Positions 29,801 through 38,200 of a stretch of DNA of 64,000 nucleotides are shown piece after piece. The DNA is from a virus, in IMG/VR virus record IMGVR_UViG_3300018080_005856, positions 86,488 to 150,487 of that record; one strand, written 5' to 3'. Under the pieces are notes generated by a model. It was given only the letters and a program-made list of their open reading frames with translations. It was not told where the DNA came from and did not search any database. The translations under genes were made by a program, and so were the position numbers. Position 1 is the first letter of the stretch. Each line of letters begins with the position of its first letter.

Positions 29801-30245
29801 AGTAGAAGAGAGCAGTGTATTCCGTACTGGATCTATGTTTAATCTGATAGAGAAGAAAATAGTGCAGAGTACTGACACAGTAGCCCAGGATATGGCTCTA
29901 AAAAGAGTAGGTAAACTGAAAGGGGCCAGTTTGCTTGTAGGTCTTTTAGCTGGTACAATAATAGGGCAGTCAATAAATCAGATTGCACATGGATATCCTG
30001 TTCCAGATCTAGGAGGAATAAGAGAAGGTCTTGGGGGAGAATACTTTGAGAATAGATCGGGTTACCTCGGAAGAGAAATAGAGGCAACCATGGGGCACAG
30101 ACCAACCAAGATAACCTCCAACAGAATATACGAGAATGTGGTTAATCGAGAACTTGGTTCTATAGGCGACGCTGAGGTGGCTGCCGGGTCCACGGTGGGA
30201 GTACGGAACCTTTCACCATATCTCAAAGGTACTATAATAAGATGA
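23880..30245 (+). CDS. Putative single-chain two-barrel (beta+beta'-like) virion RNA polymerase
   Basis: Collinear motifs: beta-like MTKATQSKVMI, AEMLVNMD and GGFRSTLDHYE; beta'-like SMRGVI...DQMYIH, VRAPELS and GDQDMD (DxDxD); bridge-helix-like IKEQVPTGYNAAKAL; trigger-loop-like AQNVISSKHG. No cysteines. Confidence 0.65.
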   Translation: MAFTDPRRAIAKAEQGEMSEFSTIKNLGLIGMISVTGIRLSNYMERQRAAIEENVLRAKTEIERAALIFTDDTNMKLNTKEGTVSRVEYIDTGEGYDPMAEWQALKEKGLSEPAPFTDTMMPAEMSDELYEQAKLVDDLNMRLAGREPMTASEASQSMARYRRLSDRLQKEYPGLQASVESVEGLRITKVTETGTDFLMHVHDGVRHEVINLPKWSSGILSWGGNMYATKQPAQITGNMIQVGGTIENVIKRVAERLRKGTFGRVGKARELRDIIRNQLHVNIGKLVDGHSIKHLLTKEVSFESLAAKFGGKPSEAGSQAREWVASLTDRLSVYAKTGPGLRRLDKIFPGNIPTISLTSSSEASFVKGFNMRTRLPYGVGPLDTRAKASTTRANYIKGKYMFDARMSPTKVASKLGPLPMDAADLLSKEMVEGLPGGFMNMGVYLGKGEIEKLGPGGGVYLLRNLMDPTGQMSEDLLNAREFDGVRERVHRIPITSRQEGMQILRDMKAMIGDKKELILRKGSQIGPIGSPRAVVMDERQKVTYTNIIEDELIIRTEADRPLGLMTKATQSKVMIQRVEMAGTSSELFSSLHPESTLIGKMVQQTKAAQLGAEMLVNMDALMKYQGGGLGWGIIQKTMSDLINLKKAEIARIHKENASKILPTEMKKLEGELKDLLRTFLGADIDNVVHSVGIVQDANRPYIILKGADQMPSGVAATMADPAFYKLIDIEDAFFKASAGDWSKLEEYERRVSTHAKNVGLPQYRMITTVSNVEREMASMVEKSEQFMPTIVRTRLSKGGKVGHKMIWAMAQVPWMTHQQNAYEYARFGGLVRSKGGYSGGFRSTLDHYEIAKTAGWHQYARYLDMLMDHDMDYIRDKMYTAEAMLLGPKASLQKPPIGTINVSGMTVIKQAQLNQTGINKRLAEYNFHEGAMKYAGIWRVHHSNLSGLQGAIDDPEVKHLIDDGIIQFDDLRTTAHAASGRHSVDVTDSALVHDIVDLMKGAKPDEAVFLELPETIVMNGKEVRYIPIDKFDVADTFELEARRGPDGTTLDDYLHKKFTTGSGFHSNRMYIMKETARISEEMRMLKRNRKGTSHLKEEMKIAVSRYYAELDRLLNMKNSPALKAMFSYNMPFSMRGVINSLSKHDAGKLVKGVDGIPVDQMYIHADYATQLISGGKIKSMSHARNLARSTEAILKVQELLKGVDTSFFETSSVDDMAELTVKLGKSLGRMTRETKATMDLQTVKELIGLGYAARKRGSTMLRSMLESKDGRSRMGRLANELKNSSLMKGELDGMAADDLKRVRAMSKYTLETVQAIQEGTLEVGGVMVRAPELSQMSMNYFKMKVLGATEFSQKTVNDKLVKEILSRMKDDKGKGGMYIAKEAAKQISGDQDMDPSGFVVTTLDVLENQSKKVAQLSILKEAKLLGVKGSDIQKALYHDVTEETLVNLTMSRLFQTATDDEGKIILQRPASISAITQMDAMGDLLKEARVDIKGIEQYVGESLLGFYPDPADLKALGLTHVQVRDNVVDKIMKEARKYLGNNARLENLSVIVGTRELPNKSIRKTVEQPSIAVKDPQKLISETPEAAPIVAKQAITADELYVRDAISKVDASEFKAYQERVIREEAPRFQIIKEQVPTGYNAAKALYTLNYSYVTNEADKAFLTWMADKVLAQNVISSKHGTPQVLVDMTKTLRKLGSIHNEVMEADITKLVTQNAYLTVSQAEKEDMARLGFKTEDVNMDLYQDYIDKKLVNLTELNNIHETVTNDMITNASTLRSSEMDIEKVFRSTVDLKVKNSSLLKNYQMLEMDFTPLLVSNELRRAKEAKENVAKFRKKMTMASVLGEPEDVIRQRYITMIGAMREYSFKNRGISVFDDPAVSTFRHMEGGERSALELIKRFVSRESTRTNSADGIVTVRAQNTIEGRLIKLGAVITGRNDINRMIIGGDTLSDRQMRLNYLHSRELRQLRRSYAERIVEESSVFRTGSMFNLIEKKIVQSTDTVAQDMALKRVGKLKGASLLVGLLAGTIIGQSINQIAHGYPVPDLGGIREGLGGEYFENRSGYLGREIEATMGHRPTKITSNRIYENVVNRELGSIGDAEVAAGSTVGVRNLSPYLKGTIIR

Positions 30246-30394
30246 AGATAACATTGTATGTACGACCTGATGCCAATGTATCATCATATGCCAGGTCCAT
30301 AAAGTCACTCATAGAAGAAGAAACCGGGCAGTTGTGTATAGTGAAGGTTTCTGAAAGTAAATTTAAGCCTGTGAAGGTAAAAGAAGAGAGTTAA
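30242..30394 (+). CDS. Small 50-aa protein (not in ORF track)
   Basis: Translates as MKITLYVRPDANVSSYARSIKSLIEEETGQLCIVKVSESKFKPVKVKEES*. It has an ATGA overlap upstream and a TAATG overlap downstream. Confidence 0.7.
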   Translation: MKITLYVRPDANVSSYARSIKSLIEEETGQLCIVKVSESKFKPVKVKEES

Positions 30395-32280
30395 TGAGTA
30401 CTTCCTCGGATAACATAAGAAGGATGGCTGCCGGAGAACCTATAGCTAGGATAGGCGCTATATGGTACGGTGATGTAAGCGGGACAACTATTCCTAACAT
30501 ATACTATTTCGGGAATAAGAATATGCAGAGTGTTATGCCACTGCGGGCAGAGTCAGCTATATCGTTCTCAACTTCTAGTCCTCCTGTAGATATGTTACAG
30601 ATGGAAATAGTGATCAACTACAGCAAGTTCGTCACACATCTCCAGCGCCTTATGGCACAGATACAGATATCTCCAGTGCTACCAGTACAAAACCCGGTTG
30701 TTGCTGCAATGACACAGCCTGTACAGACCAACAAAGAGGTGTACGTTGCCTATGGTTTCATGAATGTCAATGATAAAGATATAAAAGACTCCTCAAATCG
30801 CAGGGCACTTATGAACATGTATGCTACTGTGCCTGTCAATATGAAAATAGACAACGCAGTTATAGAAACTATTCCTGGCAATCCCAGAGATGTAAGAGTA
30901 ATCCTGAGGCTTACCAGGACATTAACAGCTACTGTATATGGTGATAAAACACAGTATATCAGAACTATGGAAGGGGCTGTAAATCAGAACAAGTACATAG
31001 AGAAACTTCTATCAGAAAGTGGCGATAATGAGCAAATAGCTGCTATGGCTACTATGATGGGAGTGAATACCCCAGCAATACAGGATGCTATAGATGCTAT
31101 GTCTACTCCAATATCGTTAGGAGAGGACATAGGTATAACTATAGGAGCAGAAGTGAATGAAGTACTTGCACCAGACCTATACCGGGTTACCACAGATGAT
31201 GGTAATAGTGCTCTTATTATGCCATATGGTATTGAATGTTTTAACAGCAGAGAAAAGATAAGACTATTTATGGATGTAAGTCACTATGATGATTACCCAG
31301 TAAAAGGAGCAGAGAAGAACAGTGTAGAGGCTTTAGGATACTTTATAGGGAGTATGTTTGGACTTACCATTCCCAATGAAAGGTTGAGAATAACTGGACC
31401 TGATTTCTCAGGGGCCAATAACAGAATAACCATGCATACTATACAGAAGGGGCCAATAGGTCTTCTCGATAATCCCAATGCAAGCAATGAAGATGTTTCT
31501 ATACATTATTGCATCATAACTCATGATCAAATGGGAGATATAGGTAATACCTTATTATCGTTGGGAGAAGCTTTCGACTCTCCATTATATGATAGTGAGA
31601 TAGTTCCAGAAGGATACACAACAGCTAGGATTGCAGCAATAAAGGCTGGGGAAGAGACCGTATCAAAGCAAGAAGCTGGAGACACCTATAGTACGTATTC
31701 ATGTGCCAAGGTATTGACTAGGAATGCCAAGGCAGAAATACCATGGACACAAAGAAGAAACATGAGGAACAAGATTTCTACTGGGGTAGACCCATCTGTA
31801 GGATTTATATCAAGTCCATATACAGCTACGGTGGAATCTATAACTAATGGCGATACTATTGTTGTCAAGAAGTCAGACAATTCTTCAGTAACTCTTGGAT
31901 TGTTTGGTATAGATGCGCCGGAAACTGGACAACCTGGAGGAAATGAGGCAACAGCCTGTCTTTCTAGCTTGCTTCCAATAGGTAAAACTGTAACAATTCA
32001 ACATGTTCCATCTGGTCCAGCCGGGGGTGAAGTAGATATATTTTCCAGATATTCATCAATAGTGAAATCAGGAAGACTTAATATAAATACAGAGATGCTG
32101 AAAAGGGGTATGGCGTGGGCATATCCTAACAAACGTTTTGATGTATTGAATGAAGAATACGAAAACCTTATGGTTGCTGCAAGAGATAGAAAGATAGGTA
32201 TATGGGCATTGACAGAGAAGAAAGCAAAATGGACTCCTGCCGAATACCGTAGATACATGCAGTCCAAGGGAAGGATATAA
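30394..32280 (+). CDS. Tail/baseplate protein with C-terminal thermonuclease (SNase-like) domain(s)
   Basis: Contains ATVESITNGDTIVV...LFGIDAPETGQPGGNEA...DIFSR...INTEMLKRGMAWAY...AARDRKIGIW. Confidence 0.75.
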   Translation: MSTSSDNIRRMAAGEPIARIGAIWYGDVSGTTIPNIYYFGNKNMQSVMPLRAESAISFSTSSPPVDMLQMEIVINYSKFVTHLQRLMAQIQISPVLPVQNPVVAAMTQPVQTNKEVYVAYGFMNVNDKDIKDSSNRRALMNMYATVPVNMKIDNAVIETIPGNPRDVRVILRLTRTLTATVYGDKTQYIRTMEGAVNQNKYIEKLLSESGDNEQIAAMATMMGVNTPAIQDAIDAMSTPISLGEDIGITIGAEVNEVLAPDLYRVTTDDGNSALIMPYGIECFNSREKIRLFMDVSHYDDYPVKGAEKNSVEALGYFIGSMFGLTIPNERLRITGPDFSGANNRITMHTIQKGPIGLLDNPNASNEDVSIHYCIITHDQMGDIGNTLLSLGEAFDSPLYDSEIVPEGYTTARIAAIKAGEETVSKQEAGDTYSTYSCAKVLTRNAKAEIPWTQRRNMRNKISTGVDPSVGFISSPYTATVESITNGDTIVVKKSDNSSVTLGLFGIDAPETGQPGGNEATACLSSLLPIGKTVTIQHVPSGPAGGEVDIFSRYSSIVKSGRLNINTEMLKRGMAWAYPNKRFDVLNEEYENLMVAARDRKIGIWALTEKKAKWTPAEYRRYMQSKGRI

Positions 32281-35200
32281 TGGCAAATAAGGTACATATA
32301 ACTGACGAAGATAGAAAAGCAGCTGCCGACGTTTTCTCTGCATATACCGGTGAACTGGATGAAGATCAATATATAGATCCAGGTACTATACCAGTCACTG
32401 ATGATATGAGTGAGTGCCAACCATTCATAGACCTTGTTAAACAGCTTACTGGAGAATCCACTACCGACATAGCTGATCTTCCGTTTGATAAGTACACACC
32501 ATTTGACCAAACACGTTTGGATCATCAGTTCAGGATAACAACAGTACATAAGGATCTTACAGCTATTGTACCAGAGGTAGACAGGTTCAAGGAATTCTAC
32601 AGGATAGCTGAGCAATTTACTAATGAGAGTTCTCTGATAGTATCAGCAGCAATGGACTCCAATATCAAAGATATCACATGTATGCCTCCCTCTTATGTGT
32701 TTTCATATGCAGCAAAGAAGATCAGAGAAGTCATTACTATGCTGCAGAAGGAGAACATACCAGGGTTATCTGACCTGAAGGACTATGCCGGCAGATTTGA
32801 TCGGCTAGCCTCAGACGCGAAACATATGCAGGCACCATATCCTGACACATCTACTCCTGCGTTTGATCCAGATGATTATGCTATCAGAATAGTTGCAGAT
32901 AGTGTTACGTTCCCGCTTGTACCACGACTTAACGAAACGGAACCAACTGGGGACTTTGGATTTATGACTCCTGAGAGACCCTCACATAGAGGACTAGATC
33001 TTAAAGTCTACACCGAGCAGGCAGTAAGCAATACGGGGAAAATATATTATACTTCTTCACACCCTGTTGTTGCAATTGCAGAAGGCAAGGTAATACATTG
33101 TACCTCTTCTAACAATCTAGCTAAACCATGTGTACGATTCGATACTGATACTAATCATGGAGAAGATGTAGACGGGAAGATATTCGAGGGTAGAGACGGT
33201 GGGAACATCGTAATCATATGGCATCCTGATCTTGGTAAAATGTCAGCATACATGCACCTTAGTGAAATATCTGTAAAGAAAGGTAACAGTGTATTAGCCG
33301 GTGATGTAATAGGAGTAGCAGGAAATACTGGTGGATCTACCGGACCGCATCTCCATTTCGAGATGAGAGATCCTTCCCTAGCCAAGGGAGCGGCAGCAGA
33401 TATCTCATCGTGGAGAAAAGGAGTACCAATAAACCCATGGCCATACATTGGTGGAGGATATAATGGGGATCCCACAAACTCTGAACCAGCCATAAAGCTT
33501 GAAGCAACTCAGGGAAACCTGAAGGCTGAGGATACAGTAGAAGACTTCAGAGAATATCTCAATTCTTTAACAATGTCACCGGCGGAGAACCCCGAAGATC
33601 AATCAAATGTACTATATGCAATTCACAGACAGATAATGGCTAGGGTAACTTCTTCCGTTCACTCTGTGTATGTTAATGATATCAGCGGGAAAGCTGAACA
33701 AGTGACAATAAACTGGATGCCGGGAACAAGCAAAGCTATTCCTATAGAGGGGCAAAGTGCACCGGTTATACAATCACTTGGTGGAAGAAACGTGCAGGTT
33801 TCTATTTCGTTAAAAGGCATTAGTCCTGTAGAAGTGGCCAAGATAGCTCTTATGTTTAAGGTTCCCAGTACTGACGAAACAATAGCAGGTATGCTGACGC
33901 TAGCAAGAAGTGGCATGTTCGGAGAAACATCCATCAGAAACAGTTACCTGCAAAGATGGTACAGAACTGATCAAATAGAGAGCATGTTACGTGGCATAAG
34001 TGGTTCCACCCAAAAAGTACATCTAGATGAACCAGTAATCGTAGATAATGAATACCTTAACTCTATGGGGCTTAAAACCTTTCATCCTATAAGTATGGAA
34101 GTGAAAACAGTTCCCCAAGCATCAGAAGCATATGACATACTTCTAACGCTATCATATATGAACCTCAGAAATAGAAGCTTAGAATCTTTGAAGAAAAGCA
34201 GACATGGTATTCAGGCACCAGTTTTACCTGTAACGGCTAGAGTTTTTCCAGAAAAGGCAACGGGAGATTCAGGGTTCGGACTAGAATCCGATTATCAAGC
34301 ATATGGGATACTGAGTAGATTGTCCATTGTAAACTGTCTTGCTGAAATATTACCTCTGTATATCATGTCCAGAGTGTATAGGTTGTATAAAACTATGTCA
34401 GAATATACTCCAGGATCAGTAATAGATCTAGACGGACTAGATATCATGACAAAGATCCTAGCACCAACCGGCATAGATACGGCCATAGAGAAAGTATTCT
34501 CCACAGTAAGAGATTACGATACGGATGTTCCCTCCTTCTCCAGTGCTATACTCGATGCATCTATGGAACTTGCCAACCTGGGGACTGTTGCAGCATTGTC
34601 ACGTTACACTGAAAAGACAATAGAAGTAGCAAAACAGGGTACAGGCAGCAATAAGTTCTCAAAGATTGTTGCCGCAACACTTGGTGCTGTTACTACGTTA
34701 AACAGTGTTCTGAAATACGCTTTTGGTCCTGTTGGCACCCCAGAAGTAAACAGAGGAGCGGAGACAAGAACACTTTATATGAACATTCCCAGCCTTGCTC
34801 CTATAATGATATGGTCATTGTTAGCGGAATTTATAGACAGATTATCAGCCGGGAAGGAGAATGAGTTCTTTTCAGAAATATCCAATGATGTCATAGATAT
34901 GTTGAATGATTCCTATGCTGAGCCCAATGTCAGAACACTCAGAATTGGTGGGAGCGATGAAGTATTCGTAGAAGTAAAGGGAGCTATAGGACAAGAAGCA
35001 GCTGGTGGAGAATACAAACCTCTGTTTATCGGAGAGATAAAACTCTCTATGATAATGGGAGGAGAACACGATGATAGTGAACGCAATACTCTATTCGGAA
35101 GCATAGATGTCAGTGAAGGTCTTGGTCAAATATGGTTCGGATCCGAAGATGCTAAAGCTTTAAGGAAGAAGCTTGTGGATGAAATCGAAACCATGGCCAG

Positions 35201-38200
35201 GAATCCGAGAGGAAACTACGATACGAGATTCCTATATCCGGCAGCTTATGGTGCTGTAGAGATAAACTGGTTAGCAATAGATGCTATAAGAGCTGCAGCT
35301 TTAGCTATAGGACCAATGCTGGCCAATGATAATATGAAGCCGGGAGGTGATATTCCCGATGGACATATGAGTGAGTTCTTCCAAACCGCAGCAGAGCTTC
35401 TTAGAGATGAAAGTGCTAGAAACCATTGCTCCGACGTTCTTACATCTGTTCTCACGTATTCTATGGCAGATGTACTAGCAAATGGAATGATAGCTACTCA
35501 TGGTAGAAAAGCGGCATATGCTCATAATGACTCTGTACTAAGAGCGTTTAACAAGATGTCCAGTTTAGAAACAGAGGATACAGTTGTTACAGCTCTGCAG
35601 TATTTGGGATCCAGAATACAATCACATATAGTGAAAGCCAGAAGAGTTACACAAAGCAGAGATATGTGCACACAGGTAGTATCCGGAGTGTTTGCCGATA
35701 GATCTTTCGGTGGTTCCAAGGACCTAAGGAAAGGATATTGCTGTGCTCTCGGCTCTGTTCTTAATTATATGTATCAAGTTGCCTATGCCGGCACAGAAAC
35801 AGTGAGCAGCCTTCCGCCTGAATATAATGACTATACTATCCCAGCCATGCTACAGATAATAGATAGGGATCGTGGTGAGCTCATGATAGACGAGCTATTG
35901 CATCGTGGCAAAAGCTTCTTCGCTGCTACGGTCGGTTTTCTCCCTGACATAATAATAGGAGCAGCTATAGCTTTGTCAGGTCCTGGGGCAGTGCTAACCA
36001 CTATATTCTATATAATACGCGGAGCCATGGATATATGGGCAGTATGGGATCTAGTCATGAGTATATTCAAAGAGAATGCTATAGAATTTGCATTCGGAAG
36101 AGGTAACATATTTGCCATGTCCAGATGGTGTTCAGGAAGAATATCAGATGCAATGGATCAATCACAATTGCTAGAATGCTGTATTAAGAGCGGAATCTGG
36201 ATGCCGGCAGCTCTAAAACCAAGGGGTGATACATTTGATGAAGAAAGAACATCATATAGAGATTTCCCTACTGTGCATAGGGGCGGAAAACCATTACCCC
36301 CAGACTTCTTCGTATATAAAGTAGGCATTTTATCTAAGGCGTATGACGATATGAAATCGTACATAAACTCGGCTGTAGAGTCTACTAGAGACCGTTACGC
36401 CGACTTGGATAACGATAATGTTGAGGCACTAAAGACTGAGCTAAAGCAAGAAATAGACGAATCGAGAGAACTATCTAGGGCTAGAGTTCAGGATGCTCTT
36501 ACCAGAGCGCTAATAGATAGTACTCCTGAGGACAAATCACTAAAGAAAGACTACATGCAGGCTGTAGGGAAATCTGGGGATATCATAAGCTATGTAGTAT
36601 ATGGTAATAGAACAGATGCAGCAAAGAAAGGGCATATATGTTCTACAAAGTATGGGTCATATAGTAGTACAGTCAGCAAGGCCGGATCTATGTTGCATCT
36701 TGATATGAGTGACGTAGGTGTAGTAGTAAAGATAGGCAGTTCTTTCACTCCTATATCGAAGGGACCAGAACTGTCAGAACTCATAACTAATAAAGGCGAG
36801 CTAATGCAAATGATCGTAGAGGCCGCTAACTCGAGCCCCTATGGTAAAGTAAGAGAAAACCTGAAGTCATTCCTACAGAGATCTATAAGAGAAATACTAG
36901 ATTATATAGCAGCTACAAAGGCTCTAGGGGGACAGTTCGTATACGGTCTTGATACCATGCCAGGAACTATAGGAAACTTGATATTAATCAAGAACATTGT
37001 TGGTTCCAACATAAGGGCTATAGGGAAACCGGGACTGGCATTGTTCAAGAGCCAGATGGATAAGGTTGGACGAGATTCTCTAAGAAGATCCTCTACTCTA
37101 CAAACCCAATATATATTCCCAACTGTGAAGCTATACTTTATAGAAGAAGACAGCGAGAACTTTTATCTATTTGATGATTTGTATTCATATGCATCTATAG
37201 TAGAAGTATCAGTTCATATGGATAAATACAGCCCGGTCCGTACATCTGAGATAAAGATAACAAACCTATTTGGTATGTTGAACGATATACTATCTGACTC
37301 AAAGAACAAGGAGTATAACTTCTTTAGCGGTCCAGATGAGAACGCTCCTCTAAACTCTGTTATGTTGAGACCGGGATGCAAGATAAAGATCCAAGCCGGC
37401 ACTACTCCAATCCTAGACGAGCATGATACTATATTCACTGGAAGAATAAGCACTATAGATTTCAATGTTATCACAACTATTACAGCGGTAAGCGCTGGGG
37501 ACATGTTTACAGAAAGCTTAAGCATGGACGTGGTAAAGGTCTATGGTAGTCAGGCCAATGCAACAGGCGGACTAGGTACTAAACTGATACAGGCACCTAT
37601 CCGTGAGGGAATACAGTCTATGGTTGGTGATGACTACATGGCTCCAATTACAAAGCTAAAGACTGTCATAGGGTATGTATTGTATGATGTTGTACAGTCC
37701 ACGGAGAGGCTCACAGATTTCTCGCTAAGGCCACCTGTAGAAGTACAGGATCCTGAAATATCTCCTGCTACCAGTAATCTCATGGATATACTGAAGAAGA
37801 AGCTTATTATAACTCAGTCATCCTCGTTCATAGAATCAGTGAGCGGGGCCAGGGTAGATCTTCAGGAGAACCAACAACTGTTTGAAAACATATACCTTGA
37901 TACCGATGTTATAGGGTCATCATGGTTCGGAAACTTGACGTTTATAGGAGAAGGTGTGTGGGTTTCTAGAGATGAGTCAGCATGGGATATAATGAGTGAA
38001 CTAAATCTTCTCTTACCCAACCACGATGTTCTAGTGAGACCATATGATACTAGATCTACTCTAGTTTGGAATAACGACGATGGTTATTACCGGTTCAGGA
38101 GATGTGTAGACCTTGATAATATCCTTACTAATGCTCTTACAACCAAGCTTAGAATAGCAGGCCGGGACCCAAGGTTCAAACTTCTCCCTCTATTTGACGT

